This document shows, in pieces, positions 48,119-58,149 of a stretch of 64,000 bases of DNA. Below the pieces are notes generated by a model. The model saw only the letters and a program-made list of their open reading frames with translations, had not been told where the DNA came from and did no database searches. Source of the DNA: a bacterium (GTDB lineage Bacteria > Margulisbacteria > Marinamargulisbacteria > SXXA01); the NCBI GenBank assembly GCA_947465765.1, contig CANIAP010000001.1:98371-162370 (forward strand). The letters are read 5' to 3'. Position numbers and translations under genes: made by a program. The number at the start of each line of letters is the position of its first letter. The first letter of the stretch is position 1.

Positions 48119-48372
48119 GATTGGGCGCTGGAGTGTTCTTTCTCGAGGATATCGCCGAGATTAACTTGAACGATATTGGCTGGGTTAAATGGCTGGTATC
48201 GTGGTGCCACTGGAGTGCCGACCTCGCCTAGGGGCGGGTCATTGGATTTTTCTACCGGTCCACTCGGTGTCGCCATGTATTGGTTACGACGACCCGGTCC
48301 GCCGCTACCTGCGCTACCCGTTTGGGCCCAATTGGCGGTCCATCCTGTTTTTCGAAAACTAACATCACTCAT
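48115..48372 (-). CDS. Hypothetical 85-aa Gly/Pro-rich protein
   Basis: AAGGTG lies 8 nt upstream of the ATG. The composition looks disordered and no motif is recognised. Its 3' end overlaps the ispG stop by 4 nt (convergent genes). Confidence 0.4.
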   Translation of the reverse strand: MSDVSFRKTGWTANWAQTGSAGSGGPGRRNQYMATPSGPVEKSNDPPLGEVGTPVAPRYQPFNPANIVQVNLGDILEKEHSSAQS

Positions 48373-48658
48373 GCTATTTCACCTTACTGGTCCCGATGCT
48401 TAGTTATCGAGAAAAATTTCATTGTGGTGTGAGTCCAGCCATAGTTGCCTATGGCTGTTACATGCTAACCCCTTAGCTCAACCCAATCCCTGTAGAACAT
48501 TATTTATGCCAATCGGGAGTTTGAAGAATTTGACCGTGGGGGATGAAGTACGTCGAAATAAATTGTCAAAATTCGTCATCTTGAGCCCCATCGAAACACA
48601 TTAATGTGGCGTTTTTTGAATCCGAATAAATGGTCGCTATTTTACGTATTTGTAAAAA

Positions 48659-49075
48659 TTAAATGGCGAAAGAGCTGCCGCAAGCGCAGGTTTTTTTGAC
48701 ATTGGGGTTCACGAGGTTAAAGCCGGAACCCGTCAATGCTTCGACATAATCGAGGCGAGATCCAGTGACAAACAAATAGCTCAGCTTTTCGACCATGATG
48801 GTTGCGCCATTATGCGTAAACACTTTGTCGCCCGCGTCTTTGTGTGGAGCGATGGGGTCCAGTGCCATCGTGTATGATTTTCCAGAGCAGCCGTCTTTGA
48901 CCACCGATACAAATAGTCCATATTCCTCTGGAGATTTGTTGTCGTTAGTCAGAAATAATTTAATTTTGTCGGCAGCGACGTCGGAGATTTCCACTCCGAC
49001 GATGATCTTTTCAGGGGCCGTGCTGACCGATGATGCAACGAATACTTTTTTGACGTCTCCGCATAAATCACTCAT
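48659..49075 (-). CDS. Iron-sulfur cluster insertion/assembly protein, HesB/IscA/ErpA family
   Basis: VKDGCSGKSY and the C-terminal CACGSSF motif supply the three conserved Cys. An N-terminal extension of ~25 aa is present. Confidence 0.88.
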   Translation of the reverse strand: MSDLCGDVKKVFVASSVSTAPEKIIVGVEISDVAADKIKLFLTNDNKSPEEYGLFVSVVKDGCSGKSYTMALDPIAPHKDAGDKVFTHNGATIMVEKLSYLFVTGSRLDYVEALTGSGFNLVNPNVKKTCACGSSFAI

Positions 49076-49076
49076 G

Positions 49077-50171
49077 TTAAGCGATGGTTACCTCCGAGTT
49101 TAGGTACACGTCTTGAATGGCGTTGAGGAGCTTTACGCCGTCTTTAAGGGGCTTTTGGAATGCCTTGCGGCCAGAGATTAATCCCATTCCCCCGGCACGT
49201 TTGTTAATGACGGCGGTGGAGACGGCATCATGGAGATCGTTTTTGCCTGACGGTCCACCCGAGTTAATAAGCCCCATGCGTCCCATATAATTAGTAGCAA
49301 TCTGATATCGGGTGAGATCGATCGGGTGATCGGTGGTGAGTTCGGAATAGACCTTGTCATGGGTTTTCCCAAATTTTAGAGCGGTATAGCCACCGTTATT
49401 GGTGGGTAGTTTTTGTTTGATAATATCGGCTTGGATGGTGACGCCCAGATGATTCGCTTGCCCGGTTAAGTCGGCGCTTTCGTGATAATCGACACCGTCT
49501 TTTTTGAAGCCTTCGCTGCGGAGGTAACACCAAAGGATGGTGGCCATGCCGAGTTCGTGAGCCCGTTCAAATGCTTGGCTCACTTCAACGATTTGGCGTT
49601 TGCTTTCTGGGGATCCAAAGTAGATGGTGGCGCCGACCGCAACACATCCCATGTCGTAGGCTTGTTCGATCGAGCCAAACATAATTTGGTCGAATGAATT
49701 GGGGTAGGACAACAATTCGTTGTGATTGATTTTAAGAATCATAGGAATTTTATGGGCGTATTTTCGGGATACGCTGCCCAAGACTCCTAATGTAGAGGCT
49801 ACTGCGTTACAGCCGCCTTCAATGGCTAACTTAACGATGTTTTCAGGGTCAAAATAGTCTGGGTTTGGGGCGAATGATGCGCCGGCGGAATGTTCGATGC
49901 CTTGGTCAACGGGGAGGATGGAGAGATATCCGGTGTTCGCAAGTCGTCCATGGGAATAGAGGGTTTCTAGGCTGCGGAGAACGCGGTTGTTGCGGTCGCT
50001 TTGTGAAAACATTCGGCTGACCCAATCGCCGGATGGGAGATGGATTTGGGATTTGGAAATGGTTCTGCATTCGTGTCCGAGTAGGTTTTCGGCTTTATCG
50101 TCGAGGATGGCCTGGATTTCTGAGTAGCTGAGGGCGGTGGAGGTTTGAATTTTGTCGAGGGTCGTCGTCAT
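49077..50171 (-). CDS. fbaB: Class I fructose-bisphosphate aldolase (FbaB/DhnA type)
   Basis: Near-colinear with E. coli FbaB as I recall it ([63 protein letters not shown]). The ATG at 50171 has AAAGGA upstream. Confidence 0.92.
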   Translation of the reverse strand: MTTTLDKIQTSTALSYSEIQAILDDKAENLLGHECRTISKSQIHLPSGDWVSRMFSQSDRNNRVLRSLETLYSHGRLANTGYLSILPVDQGIEHSAGASFAPNPDYFDPENIVKLAIEGGCNAVASTLGVLGSVSRKYAHKIPMILKINHNELLSYPNSFDQIMFGSIEQAYDMGCVAVGATIYFGSPESKRQIVEVSQAFERAHELGMATILWCYLRSEGFKKDGVDYHESADLTGQANHLGVTIQADIIKQKLPTNNGGYTALKFGKTHDKVYSELTTDHPIDLTRYQIATNYMGRMGLINSGGPSGKNDLHDAVSTAVINKRAGGMGLISGRKAFQKPLKDGVKLLNAIQDVYLNSEVTIA

Positions 50172-50291
50172 GCGGGGTCCTTTCAATCGGGCCTATTACG
50201 TGGCCATTTTAATGGGCGTAGTGTACCGCTTTTGGCCGTGTTTTCCCACCCTTTCCTAGTAGGATCAATGTGAGTTTGGTTAAATATTGGG

Positions 50292-53033
50292 ATGACATCC
50301 CCTACACTACTTTTAATTGATGGCCATTCGTTGGCCTATCGTGCGTTTTATTCATTTCCGGCGAATTTGACCTTTGAGGGGAAGCCCATTAACGCGGTGT
50401 TTGGATTTGCGTCCATGTTGATGAGCGTGATTGAAAAATGTAAACCGACCCATTTAGCCGTGTGTTTTGATCGGAAAGAACCCACTTTTCGTCACGATTT
50501 TTATGAGGCATATAAAGGCCATCGACCTCCGGCGCCTGATGATTTTGTGGTTCAAATGCCAATTCTTGAGGCATTGGTGTCGCGTCTTGGGGTGTGTCGA
50601 CTGGATCAGGTGGGGTATGAAGCGGATGATCTTTTAGGAACCTTGTCTCGGATGGCCGATGAACATGAAATGAAGACGTTGATTTTGACCGGGGATCGGG
50701 ATTCATTTCAACTGGTGAGTTCCCACGTTCATGTGTTGATGAATCGTCGGGGGGTTTCCGAATTAGATCTCTTTGACCCCGAGGCAGTTAAAGAAAAATA
50801 TCAGTTGGTTCCTAAACAGTTGATCGATTTGAAGGCGTTGCAAGGGGATGCCTCCGACAATATTCCAGGTGTTAAGGGAATCGGCGAAAAGTCGGCGTCG
50901 AATTTAATGATTCAATATGGGTCGTTGGATGCGGTGTACGCCCATATCGATGAAGTCAAACCGGATCGGGTCCGTAACGCCTTGATGGCCGGGAAAGAAT
51001 CTGCGGAAATATCGCGTCGACTCGCTTTGATTGATCGGTATGTCCCGGTCACGGTGTCGATCGATGACTTAAAATTTTCGGCCGATTGGGACACCATCGT
51101 TCACTGTTTTGACGCGTTTGAATTTAAAGCCTTGGCGTCTCGGTATCGGGCTAAGTCGACCGGGTCGGTGGCGCCGGAACCGGTGGCCTCAGTGGCGGCT
51201 CCTGATGGGGTGACGGTACTTATCGATACTGAATCGGGATTGAACGACATTTTAGCCGGTCTTAAAGACGGGTTTGCGGTTGATTTGGAGACGACGTCGC
51301 TGCAAGTGCATGATGCTCAAATTGTGGGGGTGGCGATCTCGGTTAAGCCAGGACATGCCTTTTATGTTGCGTTGAATGCGTTTGTGATTGTGGTTCAGCC
51401 TCAGATGGATTTGTTTGGAACCAGTGTCGAGGTTGCAGCCTTCGTTTTGAATCCGTTGTTGGCGGCGTTGAAACCAATTTTGGAGGATCCATCGATTCCA
51501 AAATGGACCCACAACGGAAAATACGAGATTGAAGTATTTGCGAATTATGGCATTGAACTTCGGGGAATCGCCGGAGACTCCATGCTGGCAGGATTTTTAC
51601 TGGATCCGTTGCAACGGGTAGGCTTGAAGGAGATGGTGCGTCAGCATTTTTCGGTTGAAATGACACCGTTCACAGAGTTGATCGGGAGCGGGAAAACCAA
51701 GCGGGCGTTGATTGATGTCCCGGCCTCCGAGGTCGCCGCTTATGCCGGGGCCGATGCCGATTATACATTGCGGTTGATTCGAAAATTGGATCCTGAAATG
51801 GAAACATCGACGGCCGCCTTGTTGTATCACGACATTGAGTTGCCACTTCAACGGGTGTTGGCGGATATGGAGCGGACTGGAGTGGCCATCGATCTTCCCT
51901 ATTTATCGACGTTAAAAGATCAGTATCGGGCGCGGTTAACGATTCTTGAAGCCCAAATTCATGAGGCGGCTGGAATGGTATTCAATGTGAACTCCACTCA
52001 GCAATTGGCGGGGGTGTTGTTTGATCGGTTAAATCTTCCGGTCTTTAAAAAGACAAAAACGGGACGGTCTACCGATTCGGAGGTCTTGGAGTCGTTGATG
52101 GAGGCTCACCCCATTGCGACGGTGTTGTTGGCGTATCGTAAATTAGAAAAGCTGATGAATACCTATGTTGAGTCACTTCCGTTATTGGTCAACCCACGGA
52201 CGGGGAAAGTGCATACGTCGTTTAATCAAACGGGGGCCGTTACCGGACGGATGTCGTCAACGAATCCCAATTTGCAGAATATTCCGATTCGAGATCCAGA
52301 TGGGATTGCGATCCGGCGGGCGTTTGTGTCGTCGCTACCCGGTGGCAAAATCGTGTCGGCGGATTATTCCCAAATTGAGCTTCGGTTGATGGCGTATTTG
52401 TCTCAAGACCCCGCGATGATCGAGGCGTTTCTTGCGGGCGTGGATATTCATAAAACCACTGCGGCCAAGATTTTCGGCGTGTCGGTGGACTCTGTGACTA
52501 AAAGCCAACGGTATCAGGCCAAAGCGGTTAATTTTGGGATTATTTATGGCATTTCTGCCTTTGGGCTGGCGCGAAATATTGGGGTGTCACGGGGCGAAGC
52601 CAAGGCGATTATTGACGGATATTTTGAGGTGTTTCCACAGGTGAAACGATTTATGGAACAAACGATTGTCGATGCAAAAGACAAGGGCTGCGTTTGGACT
52701 GAATTTGGGCGAATACGGCCGCTTCCTGAACTATTGGATCGCAATCCCGGGCGGAAACAATTTGGAGAACGGACGGCGATCAACACGCGCCTTCAAGGAA
52801 CCGCCGCTGATCTTATCAAATTGGCGATGGTGCGTATTTATGACCGATTGGCGGAATTGAATTTCAAATCTAAAATGATTATTCAGGTTCATGATGAATT
52901 GGTTTTTGATGCGGACCCCAATGAAGTCGACGCATTAGCGACCATGGTCAAAACTGAAATGGAAACGACTTGGGTGATTTCGATTCCACTTCAGGCGGAC
53001 GTCGCCATCGGGGACAACTGGGAGGAAGCATGA
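50292..53033 (+). CDS. polA: DNA polymerase I
   Basis: 5' nuclease domain (LLLIDGHSLAYRAFY), a 3'-5' exonuclease-like region, and polymerase motifs A (SADYSQIELR), B (RYQAKAVNFGIIYG) and C (QVHDE). 913 aa. Confidence 0.97.
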   Translation: MTSPTLLLIDGHSLAYRAFYSFPANLTFEGKPINAVFGFASMLMSVIEKCKPTHLAVCFDRKEPTFRHDFYEAYKGHRPPAPDDFVVQMPILEALVSRLGVCRLDQVGYEADDLLGTLSRMADEHEMKTLILTGDRDSFQLVSSHVHVLMNRRGVSELDLFDPEAVKEKYQLVPKQLIDLKALQGDASDNIPGVKGIGEKSASNLMIQYGSLDAVYAHIDEVKPDRVRNALMAGKESAEISRRLALIDRYVPVTVSIDDLKFSADWDTIVHCFDAFEFKALASRYRAKSTGSVAPEPVASVAAPDGVTVLIDTESGLNDILAGLKDGFAVDLETTSLQVHDAQIVGVAISVKPGHAFYVALNAFVIVVQPQMDLFGTSVEVAAFVLNPLLAALKPILEDPSIPKWTHNGKYEIEVFANYGIELRGIAGDSMLAGFLLDPLQRVGLKEMVRQHFSVEMTPFTELIGSGKTKRALIDVPASEVAAYAGADADYTLRLIRKLDPEMETSTAALLYHDIELPLQRVLADMERTGVAIDLPYLSTLKDQYRARLTILEAQIHEAAGMVFNVNSTQQLAGVLFDRLNLPVFKKTKTGRSTDSEVLESLMEAHPIATVLLAYRKLEKLMNTYVESLPLLVNPRTGKVHTSFNQTGAVTGRMSSTNPNLQNIPIRDPDGIAIRRAFVSSLPGGKIVSADYSQIELRLMAYLSQDPAMIEAFLAGVDIHKTTAAKIFGVSVDSVTKSQRYQAKAVNFGIIYGISAFGLARNIGVSRGEAKAIIDGYFEVFPQVKRFMEQTIVDAKDKGCVWTEFGRIRPLPELLDRNPGRKQFGERTAINTRLQGTAADLIKLAMVRIYDRLAELNFKSKMIIQVHDELVFDADPNEVDALATMVKTEMETTWVISIPLQADVAIGDNWEEA

Positions 53034-53263
53034 TTAATTTAGCGGAAATTCGAGTGTTTCGGTCTGAGTCCATGGAGGGGTGGGAATCGGTTCCGGTGTC
53101 GGCCTATTTGCCGATCTTGGTATTTGGAGATGGGATGGTCGACAATATTTTTAGACGGCTTAGAGTGAGTTTTTTTAAACAGGATCTGACGATCACTCAG
53201 ATTCGGTGGAATGTAAAAGGGGCGTCTGAAGACGGACATTGGATAAAACGGGAGGATTTATGA
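53030..53263 (+). CDS. Hypothetical 77-aa protein translationally coupled between polA and the DUF420 gene
   Basis: Its ATG overlaps the polA TGA (ATGA at 53030-53033) and its TGA overlaps the next ATG (ATGA at 53260-53263). Sequence begins MINLAEIRVFRSESMEGWESVPV. No motif recognised. Confidence 0.5.
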   Translation: MINLAEIRVFRSESMEGWESVPVSAYLPILVFGDGMVDNIFRRLRVSFFKQDLTITQIRWNVKGASEDGHWIKREDL

Positions 53264-53787
53264 ATAAAGATAGTCGATTCGTTATTGGCGGAAGCGTTGC
53301 CGTGAGTTTGGTGGCGTTCGTTTTTTTGGTTTGGTTGATTTATATCAAACAACAACCCGACATTCATTGGCAGGCATTGTCCTATTTGCCGGCGGTGAAT
53401 TCATTTCTGAATGCGTGTAGTGCGACGGCGTTGGTTGCTGGAATTATGGCCATTAAGCGGGGGCGTCAGGCACTTCATAAAGTATTGATGGTGTCGGCAT
53501 TGGTATTTTCGACGGTCTTTTTGATTACCTACATTGTGTATCATGCACTGCATGGCGATACTCCGTTCCATGGGCAAGGACCGATTCGCTGGATTTACTT
53601 TTTTATTCTGAGTTCCCATATCCTGCTGACAATTGGGGGGCTTCCGCTCATTTTAAGTACATTTGGGATGGCGTTGTTTGAAAATTTCCCATTGCATAAA
53701 AAATTGGCCCGATGGACGTTTCCGATTTGGCTGTATGTATCGGTGACCGGCGTGTTGATTTATTTCCTATTAAAGATGTTTGGATAA
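53260..53787 (+). CDS. DUF420-family integral membrane protein
   Basis: Four TM segments. The pattern NA.SA..L..G...IK.....H...M and YFFILSSHILL is what I associate with DUF420. Confidence 0.7.
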   Translation: MNKDSRFVIGGSVAVSLVAFVFLVWLIYIKQQPDIHWQALSYLPAVNSFLNACSATALVAGIMAIKRGRQALHKVLMVSALVFSTVFLITYIVYHALHGDTPFHGQGPIRWIYFFILSSHILLTIGGLPLILSTFGMALFENFPLHKKLARWTFPIWLYVSVTGVLIYFLLKMFG

Positions 53788-54354
53788 GGTTGCGGCTGAA
53801 TCCACTTCCGACCGATAGACCAGAATTCGATTGTAGGCCCACATGACATTGTTGATGTAGGCCTCGGATCGTCCGGCTAATGGGTTTTTAGACCGCCGAA
53901 CATACTCGGGGCCTCGGAGATATGAGGCGAGCGCCATTGAGGTTTGTTGGGGGTGACCCGCCCAGTAGTCCATCATATTTTTGACGTATTGGGTGGTACC
54001 CGTAATGTTTTGCGTGATCGAGAATGGATCTGTCACTCCCAGTCGGAGGGCGGTACCTCTCATCAACTGGCCGAGTCCCAATGCCCCATGATAGGCGGCT
54101 TTATGGTTAAAGCCGGATTCGACGGAAATGATGGCGGCGACAAGTTTTGGGTCGACCCCCATTTGGGTGCCAGTATCGACCAAGCTACTGGCGATTAAGG
54201 TCGCGTTTTCAGAGGAAATGCCGGGGTTTCGGCGGGTCACCAATTTGAGGATGGCGATCGATTCTCCGGTTGGGACAGCGGTTACATCCGAGGCAATTGA
54301 GGGGGAGAATGCCAGAAAAAAAACAATAGAACAAAGTCTCAAAAACCTGGGCAT
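53770..54354 (-). CDS. Lytic transglycosylase (SLT domain), secreted
   Basis: Signal peptide, then AIISVESGFNHKAAYHGALGLGQLM (catalytic Glu context) and YNRIL-type end. Confidence 0.85.
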   Translation of the reverse strand: MPRFLRLCSIVFFLAFSPSIASDVTAVPTGESIAILKLVTRRNPGISSENATLIASSLVDTGTQMGVDPKLVAAIISVESGFNHKAAYHGALGLGQLMRGTALRLGVTDPFSITQNITGTTQYVKNMMDYWAGHPQQTSMALASYLRGPEYVRRSKNPLAGRSEAYINNVMWAYNRILVYRSEVDSAATLSKHL

Positions 54355-54395
54355 TGATCTAGTTTACTCGAAAAGTGAGGCTAAAGACAACTTTC

Positions 54396-55676
54396 TTAAA
54401 ATTCTACCGTTCCCGAAAACTCGGCGCTTAGGCTGTTTCCGGCGTAGGTGTACTCCCCGTTGGGATCGCCCCAATAACAGTATGCAGTGCCTGAAAATGT
54501 GAGATGGGCGAGTGGCGCATAGGTCAGACTGCAGCCGGTGATATTGCTCGCGTCGGATAGATTACTGATGGTGTTGAACCCCAATGTCATGTCGTGGATG
54601 GGGAATTGGGCGACGGTTGAAAAAATGGCGCCGTACCATCGGTTATTCATGTTGGGGACGTAGAGATTGTTGTTGAATAGGGCGGCTTTGATCAGTGGGT
54701 TGCCGAATGTGGATTGATCGTAGCCGTGGCTATTATAAAAGAGTTCGCCGGTGAGTGAGATGCGTTCTGGGATATCCCAATCCCAATTTTTTTGGAGGGT
54801 GATCGTGCTCTTGTTGGTCCACTCACCCCGAACGGTATACAGCGTGGGAATGGACTTGACGAGCGCAACTCGGGAGGGATTTTCACCGTATGAAAAAGTG
54901 CTTTCACCCTTGATGTCTAGATCCCCCAATCGGGACGAAAAATCGATTCCATAAAGGGATACGGCGTTCCGTTTTTGCCAAGTGGATAGCCCAATTTCGG
55001 AATTGCCAACGAGAAATTCGTATTTCGCCGTGACCGCGATTTTATCAATATTGGTGGCGTTTTGTTGGTTGAGGAAGATGTAGATGTTTTGCGCTGCGCC
55101 AAACGGAACGTGAACCCGAGTTCCATAGCTTCCATCGCGGCGCCGGTTGAGTTGGAAAAAATCGCGATGTTCGGTGCTGATGAGGTCGGTGGGGTTCCAA
55201 AAGTAACTGCGGCCCCATTGGAGAACTTGTTTTCCCGTGCGAATGTACACTTGTCGGTTGATATTAAAATCGAGAAATATTTCCCGAATTGTGGCGATAC
55301 TGCCCAAGGTGGCATTGGATGACGCCATCTGGGATAGCTCAACGTTGAGGAATACTTTAGCCCCTTTTTGGAGGCGGGTGTCCATAAAAATAGTGGCTTG
55401 GCTGTAACTGACCAGCCCATTGGAATCCCATTGCCCAGATCGAGCCACAGAATACAGCGTTCGGCTTAATAGTTGCCCGCTGAATCGGGTGGTTTCCTGT
55501 TCGATTGCGTCGTCACTAAGGTCAGAGGAGTCTACTTTTTGGATGGACTCCATAGACTGAAAGAGTTGGGATTCGTCGATCTCACTCGAGGCTGAAATCG
55601 AGTGGGGTACTAGGGTTAGAAGGAGTATTAAAAATGTCATTCCCGAGAATGACAAAAAATGGGGAGGTGGGTTCAT
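54396..55676 (-). CDS. Putative outer-membrane beta-barrel protein
   Basis: Signal peptide, alternating-hydrophobicity strands rich in Y/G/N, and a C-terminal ...FSGTVEF (terminal Phe). Its ATG overlaps the upstream stop (ATGA). Confidence 0.7.
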   Translation of the reverse strand: MNPPPHFLSFSGMTFLILLLTLVPHSISASSEIDESQLFQSMESIQKVDSSDLSDDAIEQETTRFSGQLLSRTLYSVARSGQWDSNGLVSYSQATIFMDTRLQKGAKVFLNVELSQMASSNATLGSIATIREIFLDFNINRQVYIRTGKQVLQWGRSYFWNPTDLISTEHRDFFQLNRRRDGSYGTRVHVPFGAAQNIYIFLNQQNATNIDKIAVTAKYEFLVGNSEIGLSTWQKRNAVSLYGIDFSSRLGDLDIKGESTFSYGENPSRVALVKSIPTLYTVRGEWTNKSTITLQKNWDWDIPERISLTGELFYNSHGYDQSTFGNPLIKAALFNNNLYVPNMNNRWYGAIFSTVAQFPIHDMTLGFNTISNLSDASNITGCSLTYAPLAHLTFSGTAYCYWGDPNGEYTYAGNSLSAEFSGTVEF

Positions 55677-56431
55677 TTACTGAGGTTTTCCAGATAGGCC
55701 TTGGTGAAGACGCTGTTGTCAATTAGCCGTAAGGATACGTCTGATAGGGACATGACGGTTTTGTTTCCCTTTTCGAATTCATCGATAAACAGTGCGCGGT
55801 TAACGATGTAATGATTATCGACGCTGGCGTAACTTAAATAATAATGGGTAGCCATGAGGGTTCCAGATAATGAATAGGCCTCTTCTTTGAGGGGAAGGCC
55901 GTTGTCTTGTCGAACCCAATAAATCTTTTTGGGGTATTTGACGTTATTGGCTTTGGCCCGGATTTCAAATTTATACGCAGGGATTTTGCCCAGGGTTTCT
56001 TTTTTGATCGCGTCGGGGGTGTCTTTGGCAGGCTTGTATAATTCGACCAGCTTCTTTTGTTCAAAATCTTCCGCACTGGCGTCGGTGCCTCCAATGCTTT
56101 CGTCACGGTTAATGTGCTGGAATGTTCGGGTGTTTTTCCGGTACATCCAGAAGTTATCGCCCATCTTTAAATAGCCATTTCCTTTTTCAACTTCGGGGCC
56201 GGTCATGACGATCATAAAGGCATCGTCGGTGTCGCGACGTCGGTACATCATTTCGATGACCCGAGTGCCTTGATTGACGCGTTGCTGGGTGAGTTCGACT
56301 TTGGCCGTGATATTGCTTTTGAGCTCCATGACCGAGTCGATTTGTTGCATTAATGACGGGACCGTTTGGGCGGATATTGCAACGGGCGCGACGGTAAGAA
56401 CGGAGGCTAAGACAAACGATTTAATTGTCAT
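55673..56431 (-). CDS. LolA-like outer-membrane lipoprotein-sorting family protein
   Basis: Signal peptide. The pattern MTGPEVEKGNGYLKMGDNFWMYRKNTRTFQHI...GGTDASAEDF is typical of the LolA_like family found beside FtsX permeases. Confidence 0.7.
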   Translation of the reverse strand: MTIKSFVLASVLTVAPVAISAQTVPSLMQQIDSVMELKSNITAKVELTQQRVNQGTRVIEMMYRRRDTDDAFMIVMTGPEVEKGNGYLKMGDNFWMYRKNTRTFQHINRDESIGGTDASAEDFEQKKLVELYKPAKDTPDAIKKETLGKIPAYKFEIRAKANNVKYPKKIYWVRQDNGLPLKEEAYSLSGTLMATHYYLSYASVDNHYIVNRALFIDEFEKGNKTVMSLSDVSLRLIDNSVFTKAYLENLSK

Positions 56432-56437
56432 ATCGGG

Positions 56438-58147
56438 TTATCCTTCGGAGTGGCGTAATGCGTCAGCGCATTCGAGGTAAGCGGCGTTTCGTGCGGGGAA
56501 ATAGGAGGCAATCACAGTAATTATGACAATAAAACTGAGGTTGATGAGGATGGTTCCCCATTGGGCTAAAAAGAACAAATGATGGTCGACTAAGAAAATA
56601 TTAAGGGGCGTTTGGGAGGTGATCGGGATTAACGATAGTCCACCCATAAAGAGTAATGCAGCGATAAGACCGGCAATACTCGCGAATAACGCGAGGAAAA
56701 AAGATTCCAGGATAAAGAGCGATAAAATTTGGCGTTGGTGCATTCCGATGGCCCGCATGGTTCCAATTTCACGGGTGCGTTCTCGGATATTCATTCTCAA
56801 ACTGTTTACAATTCCAATCAAAATTATAATGAACAGGAGTGTGACGGCCGAGTAAGTGATAATCCGTAATGCGGCATCAAACGTCACGATTGTACTGGCG
56901 GTTTCAACCATCGTTCGAACGTCGAGGACTCCATTTTTTAATTTTAGACGTCCCAACTCTTGATTTTTTTTCTTAAATTCCTCGGAGGTGTGGGTGCGAT
57001 CGAGCAGGGTCCATTCAGGAACCAGGAGATTGGCCAAAGCGCCTAATTTTGGAAGTGGGGTGGGCAGTTTGGGAAGTAATCGATAGTAGTCGGAGAGAAT
57101 TAACTCTTCATGGGCCAGAATAATATTGGTTCCGATATCCTGGACAATCGGCTCATATATTCCGGTAACGATGAGCGTCAGGTTTCCCGTGGCGGATTCC
57201 AATCGTGCCGCATAAGTTAGCGGTAACGCGCTGCCCACTCGGATATTGTGGGCGTCGGCAAAGGGTCGACTGACTAAGACGGTTTTTTTGGACAGCGTGG
57301 CGGTGCCGGATACCACGCGAACGGCTTGGCGCAACTGGGCGAAGGTGGCTGGGTCACGTTTAAACCCACCGACCCACACTGTTGCCCCATCCATTGTGCC
57401 AGAGATCCATGCGGGGGGGCTGTCCAATGCGTTGTGAAGGTGGTCGGCTTGGGCCGGAGCGGTCATTGGATCATTTAGAATGACTTGAAGATTGCCGGTT
57501 TCATAGGGTCGATATCCCATGATGGTCTTGATATCGGAGAGTCGTCCGTAGCTGGTCGCGTCGAGAAACATGTTGGTGGATTTGACGATGGCGACTACTC
57601 GCATGACCGCCGTTTGCTGCTGGCCATTGATGGTACGGAGTCGGATTCTTAATAGATCGTTGGTCTTGAGCCGAAGATGTTTGGCCTTGGGTTCCGATAT
57701 GATCATGGGATTTTCAATCGCAGGATTTGAAAAATCTTTGGCGTTGCCCTCAATCACTTTGAATTGGGTCAAAAATTGAGAGATGTCCGGTGGTAATCCG
57801 ATGAGGATTAAGTTGTCGCTTTTGCCGTTACCAATACCTCGCGCAAATACAGAGACATTCTCTTGAATTTGTTTGATTCCCGTTACATTTTGCCGAATCA
57901 GAGCCTTCATTCGATCGGTGTCGCGATGGATGGAGTAATATTGGCTTCCGTTCTCGGAAAGGTGGATCTCGATATGCCCGGTCATGTAGACGATGACTCG
58001 GTTAAACAGCGTATCGGTGATGCCATTCACGAAGGAAGTGGCGGTAATCAGCGTGAGGGTCCCAAACGCGATGGCGGCGCCCAATAGTAGGTTTTTTTGT
58101 TTTTGCCGGATCAGATTACGAAGGCTGAGTCGGATAATGGTCTTCAT
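56438..58147 (-). CDS. ABC transporter permease, FtsX/MacB/LolE type with a large periplasmic domain
   Basis: N-terminal TM helix, a ~400-aa extracytoplasmic region, and a C-terminal FtsX module (REIGTMRAIGMHQRQILSLFILES). Confidence 0.85.
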   Translation of the reverse strand: MKTIIRLSLRNLIRQKQKNLLLGAAIAFGTLTLITATSFVNGITDTLFNRVIVYMTGHIEIHLSENGSQYYSIHRDTDRMKALIRQNVTGIKQIQENVSVFARGIGNGKSDNLILIGLPPDISQFLTQFKVIEGNAKDFSNPAIENPMIISEPKAKHLRLKTNDLLRIRLRTINGQQQTAVMRVVAIVKSTNMFLDATSYGRLSDIKTIMGYRPYETGNLQVILNDPMTAPAQADHLHNALDSPPAWISGTMDGATVWVGGFKRDPATFAQLRQAVRVVSGTATLSKKTVLVSRPFADAHNIRVGSALPLTYAARLESATGNLTLIVTGIYEPIVQDIGTNIILAHEELILSDYYRLLPKLPTPLPKLGALANLLVPEWTLLDRTHTSEEFKKKNQELGRLKLKNGVLDVRTMVETASTIVTFDAALRIITYSAVTLLFIIILIGIVNSLRMNIRERTREIGTMRAIGMHQRQILSLFILESFFLALFASIAGLIAALLFMGGLSLIPITSQTPLNIFLVDHHLFFLAQWGTILINLSFIVIITVIASYFPARNAAYLECADALRHSEG

Positions 58148-58149
58148 GG

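Noticed and set aside
48422-48604. 60-aa TTG-initiated plus-strand ORF, or a small RNA ending at the CACATTAATGTG/T6 element
   Set aside because: There is no Shine-Dalgarno and the translation is not protein-like. The putative terminator stem has only 4-5 A/T-rich base pairs. It is kept only as a low-interest note under the 48373-48658 finding.
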